Positions 47,007 through 57,000 of a stretch of DNA of 64,000 bases are shown in pieces. The notes beneath the pieces are model-generated. The model searched no databases and had not been told where the DNA came from. It saw only the letters and a program-made list of their open reading frames with translations. Source of the stretch: Acidimicrobiia bacterium (GTDB lineage Bacteria; Actinomycetota; Acidimicrobiia; Acidimicrobiales; JANYDT01); NCBI GenBank assembly GCA_031423635.1, contig JANPFX010000082.1:21375-85374 (forward strand), given 5' to 3'. The translations under genes and the position numbers were made by a program. Position 1 is the first letter of the stretch. The number at the start of each line of letters is the position of its first letter.

Positions 47007-49048
47007 AAACCAATCGGAGCGCGCAGGTCGGCGTGCCGGCGGCCATCGTCTCGATCGTCGCGATCATGGTCGTGCCGCTCCCGACGATGGTGCTCGACTT
47101 CCTGCTGGTGATCAACCTCGCAGCAGCCGTGATGATCCTTCTGGCGACGATGTTCGTCCAGCGGGCGCTCGACTTCTCGGTGTTCCCCTCGGTTCTGTTG
47201 GTGGCCACGCTCTTCCGCCTCGCGCTGAACGTCGCCACCGTGCGACTCGTGCTGCTCCACGGCGATGCCGGGCGGGTGATCGAAGCCTTCGGGCACGTGG
47301 TGATCGGTGGGTCCGTCGTCGTCGGTCTCGTGGTGTTCATGATCCTCGTCGTGATCCAGTTCGTCGTCATCACGAATGGTGCTGGTCGCGTCGCCGAGGT
47401 AGGCGCCCGATTCACGTTGGATGCCATGCCGGGCAAGCAGATGGCGATCGATGCCGACTTGAACGCCGGAGCGATCACCGAGGACGAGGCGCGTATCCGA
47501 CGTCGTGAAGTCGGCGCGGAGGCCGACTTCTACGGAGCAATGGACGGTGCGTCGAAGTTCGTCAAGGGTGATGCGATCGCCGCGATCATCATCACCGTCA
47601 TCAACCTCATCGGCGGGTTCGTGGTCGGAGTCCTGCAGCGGGGGATGACGATCAATGACGCGATCAATCACTACTCGCTGCTCACGGTCGGCGACGGTCT
47701 GGTCTCACAGATTCCGGCTCTGCTGATCTCGATCGCCTCGGGTCTCATCGTCACCCGGGCGGCAACGGAGAACGATCTCGGCACCGACCTGCTGCAACAG
47801 TTCGGCCGTCATGCGAAGACTGCCAAGATCGCCGCCGGCGCCCTTGTCGCTATCTCGCTGATGCCCGGCCTGCCCAAGCTTCCGTTCTGGGTCGTCGCCG
47901 CTGCGCTCTGGGTGGGGGCCTCACGCGCCGCGACGACCCGCTCGGCCGAGAAGGCGGCTGCCACCGAAGCCGATACTCCACCCGTGCGAGCGGACTCCCC
48001 GACGGATCTGGTCGGCGACATGCGCATCGAGCCGCTCGAGCTCAACATCGGCTACGGGCTCATGGACCTCGTCGACGCGAATCGTGGAGGTGACCTGCTC
48101 GACCGGGTCCGCGCCCTGCGTCGAAAGACCGCAATGGAGCTCGGCATCGTCCTGCCGCCGGTTCGCACGCGCGATTCGATGGCCCTCAGCGGAAACACCT
48201 ATGAGATCAAGGTCCACGGCGTAGCGGCGGGACGGGGCGACGCTCCTCCCGGGGTGTCGCTTCTTCTCGGCCCGTGCCCTCCGCACATTCCCGGCCAGGC
48301 GACGACGGACCCGGTGTTCGGCATGGAAGCGTTCTGGATTCCCGTCGAGTTCGCTTCGCAGGCAGAGCTCTCGGGTTCGACAGTCATCGACCGCGGCTCG
48401 GTGATCACGACGCACCTCGCAGAGGTCATCCGGACGAACGCATCGCGTCTGCTCAGCCGACAGGACGTGAAGCTGCTCGTCGACGGAGTCCGGGCTTCGG
48501 ACCCTGCGGTCACCGAGGAACTCGCCGCGGTGTCGATCTCACTTGCTGAAGTGCAGCGCGTCCTGCAGAGCCTGCTCGAAGAGGGAGTGGCGATCCGCGA
48601 CCTGATCCGAATCCTCGAAGTCCTGTCGGAACGTGGCCGCGTCACGAAGGACCCGGAGGTCCTGGTCGAAGCCGTTCGAGCTTCGCTCGGTCCGGCCATC
48701 TCGGTCCCCCTTGCCGATGATGCGCGACTGAGTGTGATCACGCTCGACCCGCTCGTCGAGCGCACGCTTCTCGAAGGGCTTCGCTCCGGAGAGAATGGGA
48801 CCTTCCTCACTGGTGACGCGGCGGCCCTGGAGCGCATCGTCGCTTCGATTGCCGCACTCATCGAAGAGGTCGAGAACCGCGGTGTCCGACCGGTGATCGT
48901 CTGCAGCGGTCCGTTGCGCCCAGCGATGCGAAAGCTTGTCCGCAGTGCCGCGCCGGATACTCCAGTGCTTGCCTATGCGGAGCTCGGGTCGCGGCTCACC
49001 ATAGAAACCGTCGGTGTCGTCCAGTCCGACCACCTGGTGCTGACGTGA
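47003..49048 (+). CDS. flhA: Flagellar export-gate protein FlhA
   Basis: 681 aa; FHIPEP motifs (VVITNGAGRVAEVGARFTLDAMPGKQMAIDADL) and a cytoplasmic C-terminal domain. Confidence 0.95.
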   Translation: MKTNRSAQVGVPAAIVSIVAIMVVPLPTMVLDFLLVINLAAAVMILLATMFVQRALDFSVFPSVLLVATLFRLALNVATVRLVLLHGDAGRVIEAFGHVVIGGSVVVGLVVFMILVVIQFVVITNGAGRVAEVGARFTLDAMPGKQMAIDADLNAGAITEDEARIRRREVGAEADFYGAMDGASKFVKGDAIAAIIITVINLIGGFVVGVLQRGMTINDAINHYSLLTVGDGLVSQIPALLISIASGLIVTRAATENDLGTDLLQQFGRHAKTAKIAAGALVAISLMPGLPKLPFWVVAAALWVGASRAATTRSAEKAAATEADTPPVRADSPTDLVGDMRIEPLELNIGYGLMDLVDANRGGDLLDRVRALRRKTAMELGIVLPPVRTRDSMALSGNTYEIKVHGVAAGRGDAPPGVSLLLGPCPPHIPGQATTDPVFGMEAFWIPVEFASQAELSGSTVIDRGSVITTHLAEVIRTNASRLLSRQDVKLLVDGVRASDPAVTEELAAVSISLAEVQRVLQSLLEEGVAIRDLIRILEVLSERGRVTKDPEVLVEAVRASLGPAISVPLADDARLSVITLDPLVERTLLEGLRSGENGTFLTGDAAALERIVASIAALIEEVENRGVRPVIVCSGPLRPAMRKLVRSAAPDTPVLAYAELGSRLTIETVGVVQSDHLVLT

Positions 49049-49169
49049 GCCTTCCCATCGTCCGAACGTGCGCCGTCACCTCTGCACTTCACCGACGTCG
49101 GCCGTCAACACCACCACGAGAACAAGCACGAACACCAACACGAGCAGGAACCACGATCGGAGATCGACC

Positions 49170-50594
49170 ATGACAAAGACCCGGAAGTACGAAGGCCAAG
49201 ATCTCGGCGAACTGCTCGAACGCGTGCGCACCGAACACGGTGCCGACGCCAGGATCGTCGGTGCGAACCGATGCCGCTCTGGCGGGATCGCCGGGTTCTT
49301 CGCCGTCGAGAGCTTCGAAGTGATCGTGGAAGTCGCGGACGCGGAGTCGAAAGCCGTTGCGAAACGTCGGACCCGCCGTGTCGAGCGCGCGGCGCAGGCC
49401 GACCCGGCCTCGGGAGGCGCCGTTGCAGCGACCGGCGCCGCCTCGATCGGCCGGCGGGGGGTGCGATCCCGAGTGTCTCCGACCACGGCCGGGCGGTCGA
49501 TGCCTTCAGGCGATGCAGATCCGTCGCCGGCCCTCGCCGCTCTCGTCGCCGCCGCGGATGCTGCCGAGCGCAACGCGTCTCGACCCGGGCGCAGACAAGC
49601 GGCGGCGTCGAGCGACGACTTCTCCGTGGTCCTCGACCGGGCGGCCGCTCCGATGGCGCGCGACGGCCGGTTCGACCGGTGGCTCGGCGACGGTGCTTCG
49701 GCGGAAGCATCGTCCGGTGATCGATCCGGTGATCGGCCTCCGCGGCGCATCCTCGGACGTCGTACTCGCATTGACCGCAAGCGAAGCTCGACCCGGGCTG
49801 TCCGACCGGCCGGTTCCGACGAACACGTTGTCGACATCGCCGCACTCGAACGCGCCGGCCTTGTGCCGTTGATGACTTCGATGCCATCCGCACCGGCTCC
49901 GAGGCGGCTCGCGCCCATTCGGCGCGGCGACGAGGTGTCTGCTGCGGTCCTCGCTGATCTTGGGATGCCATCTCGTTGGCTCTCGGAGAAGGTCGACGGG
50001 CACACATCGCTCGGGGCGGTTCTCGGCAACGTCACGCCCGCACCCGCAATGATCACGTCAGCGGGAGCGACCATTGCGGTGGTCGGCGAACTCAGCCTCG
50101 TCATCGAGGTCGCCCGGGCGCTCTCCGTCGCTCTTCGTCAAGATCCGGGCACCTGCGTGCTGCTCACGACCGCATCTCGTCCGGACGGCTTCCGTGGCGA
50201 GCTCGTCACGGTCATCGATGAACTTGCCGACCGACGCGAGCAATGGGCGCGCCGTTCGACCGCGACCGTGGTCGCCGTCGACATCGGATTCGCGTGCCAC
50301 GACGTCGCCTGGGGTCGCGTCGCTCTCTCGTCGTTGCGCCCGACGATGCGATGGGGTGCCGTTTCGGCGACGCGCAAGGCCGAAGATGTCCGCGCTTGGG
50401 CTCGCGGGGTCGGGGGCCTTCACGCGCTCGCAGTCACCGGGATGTCCGAGACGACGACGCCGGCGGCGATCTTCGACGCGGGGGTTCCCGTCGGACGTGT
50501 CGATGGCCAGGTGGCGACGCAGGAGCTCTGGCTCCGGCTGCTCAACGATCGCATCGCTGATGCCACGCGGACCCCTGACCTCGTTGCCAACTGA
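49170..50594 (+). CDS. flhF: FlhF-like protein: FlhF-type N-terminal B-domain, Ala/Arg-rich linker, and an SRP-GTPase-like C-terminal domain with degenerate nucleotide motifs
   Basis: The N-terminus KYEGQDLGELLERVRTEHGADARIVGANRCRSGGIAGFF...VEV resembles the FlhF B-domain, and the gene follows flhA. IAVVGELSLVIEVA sits where GPTGVGKTT is expected. Confidence 0.65.
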   Translation: MTKTRKYEGQDLGELLERVRTEHGADARIVGANRCRSGGIAGFFAVESFEVIVEVADAESKAVAKRRTRRVERAAQADPASGGAVAATGAASIGRRGVRSRVSPTTAGRSMPSGDADPSPALAALVAAADAAERNASRPGRRQAAASSDDFSVVLDRAAAPMARDGRFDRWLGDGASAEASSGDRSGDRPPRRILGRRTRIDRKRSSTRAVRPAGSDEHVVDIAALERAGLVPLMTSMPSAPAPRRLAPIRRGDEVSAAVLADLGMPSRWLSEKVDGHTSLGAVLGNVTPAPAMITSAGATIAVVGELSLVIEVARALSVALRQDPGTCVLLTTASRPDGFRGELVTVIDELADRREQWARRSTATVVAVDIGFACHDVAWGRVALSSLRPTMRWGAVSATRKAEDVRAWARGVGGLHALAVTGMSETTTPAAIFDAGVPVGRVDGQVATQELWLRLLNDRIADATRTPDLVAN

Positions 50595-50651
50595 TCTTCG
50601 GACTCGCATGGCTACTCGCCCGTCCGCCGCTCCCTCCCCGACATCAGGTCC

Positions 50652-50993
50652 ATGACCCCGTTTCTTCGACTCTCCCTGAGCCTTTCCCTGACCCTGTTGG
50701 TGTGGGGTCCGAACGCAATCGACGAGTTCGGGAACGGCTCGGTCGACCTCGGGGACCTTGCCCTGCGCTTCGTCGTTACCTTCGCCTTCTTCCGAGCGGC
50801 GATATGGGGTGTTGGGCGACTCCTCGACACCTACCGGGCCTCGTTGCCGGTGTCGAAGGACGTGATGCCCGCTGCGCCATCGTCCAGAGCTTCGATCATC
50901 GATGCGCGGACGAATCGACGCGCCACGGACTCCGCTGCCGGCGCAAAGGCCGAACCAGACCAACCGGGCCTTCCCGCGGGCCGGTCGCGATAG
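50652..50993 (+). CDS. Hypothetical small membrane protein (two predicted TM segments)
   Basis: 113-aa ORF with moderately high third-position GC (about 75% by hand count). No motif recognised. Confidence 0.35.
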   Translation: MTPFLRLSLSLSLTLLVWGPNAIDEFGNGSVDLGDLALRFVVTFAFFRAAIWGVGRLLDTYRASLPVSKDVMPAAPSSRASIIDARTNRRATDSAAGAKAEPDQPGLPAGRSR

Positions 50994-51385
50994 CTCGCGC
51001 CCGCCAATCGGGAAGGGTGCGCCTCGCATTCCCACGGAAGTTCTCGCGATCTCGGCACGACGATGTCGAACGTCGTCGAACTCATCTCATCGATCGCGAG
51101 CAATCAGCTCGCCGTGTTGCTCGCTGAGGGGTAGTTGAAGGCTGAAGTATCTGGCGCAAACTGTGCGTACCGGCCGATGATCGTCTCCGAGTCGCCGCCA
51201 ATCCACGGTGCCAGATATCTTGAGGAATTCGTGAGCAGGAAAGCAGTTTCTTTCCTCGGCGAAATGCCAAGCTCAGTGCTACGTTTCCAGCCATTACCTC
51301 TCCACAAGGGCGCCACGTTGCTCACCACTCACTGTCGTACGGCGAAGACAATGGTGCCGACCGGGCTCGCTGACCGATTCGTGCG

Positions 51386-52975
51386 ATGAGCGCCGCAGCG
51401 AAGTTGCGCGGTCTTCTGTCGAGCCACGCGGGTCCGAATCGTACGAAGCGCGAAGGTCACGACGGCGAGTTGATGACCATGTCGCGTCTGAACGACCAGA
51501 AGACGGCGCTGCTGTACACCGCATCCCATGAAGTGCGCGGGTCCCTCCACGGAATATTCGGACTCGTCGAGCGACTCCGCGACGAGCAGTCTTCACCCGA
51601 GACCAAACCGCTCCTCGATTCGCTTGCCGATGCCTGCAGCGGTTTGCGGTCGACCGTGCAGCAGGTGCTCGACGTGGCCCAGTTGGAGAGCCGGGGCATC
51701 CAGCCGAGCGTTGCCGTGTTCGACCTGCGGGTGCTTCTGCGTGAAGTCGGCGCGGTGGTCTCGGGGGTTTCCGGACGCGACGTGGCCGTTCGCACATCCA
51801 TCGACGACGCCTGTTCGGTGTTCCGCTTCGGTGACTGTGGGCGGATCAATCAGATACTCACCAACATCGCCACCAACGGTGCGAAGGCGATGGAGAACGG
51901 TGTCCTTTCCATCCACGCGTGCGAACTGGCCGATGGGGTCGTGCGATTCATCGTCCGAGACGAGGGCGATGGGATGCCCCCGTTCGCCCGTTCCCGTTTG
52001 ATCGCCCAGTCTGCCGACGGAAACGTGTTGCGTCAGGATCGCCGGCAGCGAACGGGTGATCGCCGATCGACGGGCGGGCTCGGATTGCTGATCGCCCGCG
52101 AACTGATCGAATCGCTCAACGGGCGGGTGGACGTCAGCGTCGAGAGGAGCGCTGGCACAACGGTGCAGGTCGATCTCCCCCTTCCCGTCCGGGCGAGTTC
52201 ACCGCAGCCGATCGGCGATCCTGAAGTCGATCTCACGATCAGGCGCGCGCTGATTGTGGACGATGCGCCGGAGGGGTTGCAGTTCCTGGCGCACTCCCTC
52301 GGCGCGATCTGCCAGAGCTGTGATGCCACGATCGATTCGGAAGAGGCGCTGGCCCTGGCCCAGAGCGAACCGTACGACCTCGTGATCCTCGACGGGATGA
52401 TGTCGCCCCACGACGGCGCGGACCTCGCTCGGGCGCTTCGGCTCTTCGAAACGACACGCGACAGCGTCATCATCGTCGCCACCGGGAATGTCGAGACGGT
52501 CAGTTCGTCCCGCTACCTCGCGGCCGGTGCTGATCTCGTCCTGGTCAAGCCGTTCTCGAGAATCGAGCTCGTCCGCGCCGTCCGCCGTACCATGGCGCTC
52601 CGTTCGGCCGAGGCCGTCGGATTGGTCATCGACCTTCGGCCGACGGATTCGAGTGGGGAGTCGTCGACGTCGAGCCAACCCGCCGCCGTGTTCGCCGCCC
52701 CCCTGCAGTTGTTCGATTCCCTCCTTCCGGGAAGGCTCGAAGCGATACGAGACGCCTTCACGAGGTCCGACGCCGGGGCTTTCGCCCGCGCAGTGCACAC
52801 GCTCGGCTCGCCTGCGGTGGTTCTCGGCGTCGACGGGTTGGGCCGCTACTGCCTGGCGTTGGAGACGATTGTCCGGGCCGTCGGCCTGGAAGGTGTCGCG
52901 GTGGGTGCCCTCGACCAACTGACCGTTCTGGCCGCCGCACAGCGTCCCGGCGTCGTGAAAACCGCGTCGTCCTGA
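51386..52975 (+). CDS. Hybrid sensor histidine kinase without a recognisable sensor or TM domain: HisKA, HATPase_c, receiver and C-terminal HPt
   Basis: H-box ASHEVRGSLHGI; N/G boxes (NIATNGAKA, DEGDGMP, GGLGLLIAREL); REC (LIVDDAP...LVILDGMMSPHDG...LVKPF); HPt-like AVHTLGSPAVVLG. Confidence 0.85.
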   Translation: MSAAAKLRGLLSSHAGPNRTKREGHDGELMTMSRLNDQKTALLYTASHEVRGSLHGIFGLVERLRDEQSSPETKPLLDSLADACSGLRSTVQQVLDVAQLESRGIQPSVAVFDLRVLLREVGAVVSGVSGRDVAVRTSIDDACSVFRFGDCGRINQILTNIATNGAKAMENGVLSIHACELADGVVRFIVRDEGDGMPPFARSRLIAQSADGNVLRQDRRQRTGDRRSTGGLGLLIARELIESLNGRVDVSVERSAGTTVQVDLPLPVRASSPQPIGDPEVDLTIRRALIVDDAPEGLQFLAHSLGAICQSCDATIDSEEALALAQSEPYDLVILDGMMSPHDGADLARALRLFETTRDSVIIVATGNVETVSSSRYLAAGADLVLVKPFSRIELVRAVRRTMALRSAEAVGLVIDLRPTDSSGESSTSSQPAAVFAAPLQLFDSLLPGRLEAIRDAFTRSDAGAFARAVHTLGSPAVVLGVDGLGRYCLALETIVRAVGLEGVAVGALDQLTVLAAAQRPGVVKTASS

Positions 52976-53034
52976 ACGTTGCCGGGCCGTTGCCGACCTG
53001 AGTGCGGTCTCCTCGCCTCGGACTGGCGGTCTGC

Positions 53035-53847
53035 TCAGGAGATCGTGATGTCGGCCCGGATCCGGTAGCCGACTTCGCGGATTGTCTGTATCAGCCAGCC
53101 GGCCCCGATCTGGGCCAGCTTCCGGCGGATGTTCGACATGTGCACTTCCACAAGGTGACTTCCGCCGTGCCACTCCGGGCCCCACACCACTGCCTGCAGA
53201 TCGCTTCGCGAAACCACGGAATTTGATCGTTTGGCGAGCTCGCGGAATAGGGCGAACTCGGTCCGCGTCAGCTGGGTCGAGTGTCCGCCGATGGTGACGA
53301 TACGAGCCGGTGAATCGATGCTGAGGGCGGTGTCCGCCGGAAGATCGGCGGGTGATCTGCGAAGTCGTGCGGGTGGCTCCGACTCGGGTACAACGGCGTC
53401 GGTCGAGTTGGACCAGTCCGAACGGTTGCCCTGTTGCGTTCTCGCTGCAGCCTCGCTGCTCTGCTTGCGGCGAGCGACGGAACGGATTCGAGCGGCCAGT
53501 TCACGCATCGATGCCGGTTTGGTGAGGTAGTCGTCTGCCCCGATGGTGAATCCGACGAGCTTGTCGACTTCGTCTCCGCGGGCGGAGAGGATGATGATGT
53601 GAACGTCGCTGATCTCCCTCAGCCGTCGACAGGTCTCGAAACCGTCGATACCGGGGAGACCGAGATCCAGGATCACGGCGATCGGCTTGACGTCGTTGAA
53701 GATCTCGAGCGCTCGTTCGCCGTCGATGGCCGTGTCGACAGCAAATCCTTCGGATTCGAGTGACGTCTGCATCAGCAGGGTCACCTCGGGGGCATCATCG
53801 ACCAGCAGCAGCCGGGGCCTGTCGATTGTCGGGGCACTTGCACTCAT
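53035..53847 (-). CDS. OmpR/PhoB-family response regulator with an unusually long (~60 aa) inter-domain linker
   Basis: REC (LLLVDDAPE...VILDLGLPGIDG...YLTKP) and a winged helix (LTRTEFALFRELA...VEVHMSNIRRKL...IQTIREVGYRI). Confidence 0.9.
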   Translation of the reverse strand: MSASAPTIDRPRLLLVDDAPEVTLLMQTSLESEGFAVDTAIDGERALEIFNDVKPIAVILDLGLPGIDGFETCRRLREISDVHIIILSARGDEVDKLVGFTIGADDYLTKPASMRELAARIRSVARRKQSSEAAARTQQGNRSDWSNSTDAVVPESEPPARLRRSPADLPADTALSIDSPARIVTIGGHSTQLTRTEFALFRELAKRSNSVVSRSDLQAVVWGPEWHGGSHLVEVHMSNIRRKLAQIGAGWLIQTIREVGYRIRADITIS

Positions 53848-54082
53848 CTGGTTCTACTGTCACTGGGAGCGCCTTCGTGAAGACAGACGCAGGTGGACGT
53901 TGCTTGCTCGTCCGTGCGGCCCCGGAGATGTTGGTCCATGAGGACTCCATCCAACGTAACGCGTGAATGACGTCGGGCGTCGGATATCGATCACAGAAAT
54001 AGTTGTTCGGAGGCACGCCGGCTCCGTCCACGGCAGTCAGCCTGGACGCGGCGCCTGGGTTCCGGGAGCGATCCGGCGCTCG

Positions 54083-57000
54083 TCACCGGGTTTGCCGGCG
54101 ACGGCTCGCCGTGTGCACCAGGAGCGCTCCGCTGACGGCGAGCGCGAGCCCGACCATGATCAGGGTGCCGAGCTCCGCCCCGGTGAATGCGAGGCGTGAC
54201 CGGACATCTGTGGCGGGCTTCGGCTGGGCGTTCTTCGCAACAGTGTCGGCCCGACGCGCGGCGCCGGTGGTGGTTGTCGTCGTCGCAGCGACGATGGTTG
54301 TCACTGCCCGAGCGGCGACGGTCGACGTCGGCACGGCGGTCGTGATCTGACTTGAGGACGGCACTCTTCCGACGGTTGAGGAAGCGGCGGTCGTGGTGCT
54401 CTGCGCAGGTGCCCGGGTCGTTGTGGCGGCGGTCGACGGAGGCACAAGGAACGGGGGGATCGGGCTGATGAGTCCGGCATCGACATGACGGATGTTGGCG
54501 AGGGGCGAAACCACGATCACGGAAGTGCGGAACGTCTTGGTGTCGATGTCGGAGTCACCGGTCGGGTCGCCGACCCCGGGTGTCGTGACCTTCAGACCGT
54601 TCGTCACGTCGAAGGAGACGATGTAGGAGCGGGCCACGATGTCGTCGAACAGGTAGGTCCCATCCGGATCGCTCACGACGGTAAGGGGCGACCCGTCGCC
54701 CGCGAGCACGGGAGTCCCATCGGGGTAGAGGAGACGCACCACCACCGCCGAGATGCCGGGCTCGCCTGGTCCCTGCCGTCCGTCGCCGGAGCTGGTCCCG
54801 TCGTTCCAGACGCGCCCGCCGAGGCTGCCCTTCGGAATGAGCCCGGCGTCGACATCGGCGCGATCGAGACCCGAGACGAGGAGAACCTCGGCCGAGTGCG
54901 TCACCGGATCGATGTTGGAGTCGATCAGTGCGTTGGCTCCGCCGCCGGTTGGATCACCAGCGGCGAACCCTTGAGGCGAGTGTCCGTAGCGAGGCGGCGG
55001 ATCGATGACGACCGTGACGCTGCCCGGCGCGACGTTGGCGAAGAGGTAGGTGCCCGACGAATCGGTCGTCGTCGTGGCGATGCGATCGTCGGTGGTGCCG
55101 AAGACGCCGTCCGGGCCCGCATGGCGCAGCGTCACCGGGACGTTGTCGACCGGCGGCTCTCCAGCGTCCTGGATGCCATCGAGATCGTCGTCGCGCCAGA
55201 CGTAGTCGCCGACGCTGATCGGCGTGTAGAGGCCGCCGTCCACGTCGCGGTCATCGGAGCCCGTGGACACCAGATCGATGTTCGCCCTGAGCTCGAACGA
55301 CGCGGTGGAACCGTTGGCCCGCGCATCGGAGTCGGTCGCCCGGGTTCCTCCGGCAACCGTGGTAGCGGTCGCGACCATGCCGGGCATGGCGAAGGTGACC
55401 GTATAGGTCCCGGGTCGCAGCGCGTCGATGAGCCAACCGCCGGCGGACCCGGCCGCGCTCGACGTGGTGGTGCTGCGATTCACCGGGGCGCCGCGGTCGT
55501 CGATGCCGACAAGGGTCACGGAGACGCCGTCGATGCCGGGCTCGCTCGGGTCCTGAATGCCATTGCCGTTGAGGTCGTCCCACACCCGGTCCCCGACGGC
55601 GACGGGTGCGAGCTCACCGAACCGTCCGACCGGTGTCTGCTCTCCCGGTGCGAGGACAACGCCGCTCACGACGTCGTCGCCGATCGTTCCGTGCACCGAT
55701 GACGTGTCGAGTCCGTCCATCCAACCTGCGGGCTGGCCCTCGGTCACGGTGTAGCCGGTGGCATCCGACGCAAGGAGGTCGAGAAACGAGTACGTGCCGT
55801 CGCTGAGTGTCGTCGCCGTGCGGGTGACGGCGTTGTTCGCCCGGTCCTTGCCCGTCAGCGTGATCGTCACGCCGCCGATACCCGGTTCGCCGCTGTCCTG
55901 CACACCGTTGTTGTCGGCGTCGGAGTAGACAATGCCGATGATGGCGCCGAGCGTCTCGCCGAAGTTGACACCCGTGAGGCCAGTTGCCGGGACCGTGAGC
56001 GAGCTCAGCGTGTTCGGGGTCGACGATCCGTAGTTGAGCGGCTGGATCTCCTCGACGGTGTAGGTCCCCGGCGCCACGTTCGGGAAGCTGTACGAGCCGT
56101 CCCCGAGCGTCGTCGTCCGGGCGACCTCCGCACCGTTCGAGTCCCGTAACACCAGCGTCACGCCGAGCACACCGGGTTCACCGGTGTCGCGCAGACCGTT
56201 CGCGGTGAGGCCATCGGCGCCGCGGTCCACGAACACCACACCGGAGATCGTCGTGGTCACGGCCGCCGACGGAACCCGTTCGCCGAACGTGTATCCGCTC
56301 GCCTGGGTGTCGAGCGGCAGGCTGATGTCGGCGATCACGTCGTTGCCGACGCCGCCCCCGACCGTGCCGGCGGCGTCCTGTCCGTCGGACCAACCGGAAG
56401 GCTGCGTTTCGGTGATCGTGTAGATCCCGGCGGGAAGATCGGTGAAGGCGTATGACCCGTCCGGTGACGTGGCTGTCGTTCGGGTGACGGAACTCCCTGC
56501 GGCGGTCGTACCGTTCAACGTGACCGTGACACCACTGATGCCGGGCTCCGCCGGACCGACAACCGAGGTCCGTTCGCCGTTGCCATCGACATCGTCGAAC
56601 ACCGATCCAGCAATCGATGACAGCGTGTCACCGAAGTCGATCTCCGAGATACCGCCGCTTGCCGGTGCGGTGATGGCCTCGGCATTTGTGGAACGCAGCG
56701 ACGAACCGAATCCGATCGGCTGCACCTCGGTCACGGTGTACGGCGCTCCAGGCGTGAGGCCGGTGAACAGGTAGGTGCCGTCGGCTCCGGTTATCGATGT
56801 TCCGATGAGGACTCCCGAGCCGTCGCGCAATTGCACCGCCACCCCGACGATGACGCCGTCGCCGGGTCCTGCACTGGAGTTCCGGTCCCGGTCGAGGAAG
56901 ACGGTGCCGCGGACGAACACCGTCGTCGGCAGGGTCTCCTGCTCGCCGAAGAGGTGACCAGTCGATACGCCGCCCGGGTTGACTACGATCGCCGTGATGG

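Noticed and set aside
51082-51389. Small ORFs in the low-GC gap: 51135..51389(+), 51104..51328(-), 51082..51294(-).
   Set aside because: No motifs, mutually overlapping, and composition atypical for coding sequence in this genome.
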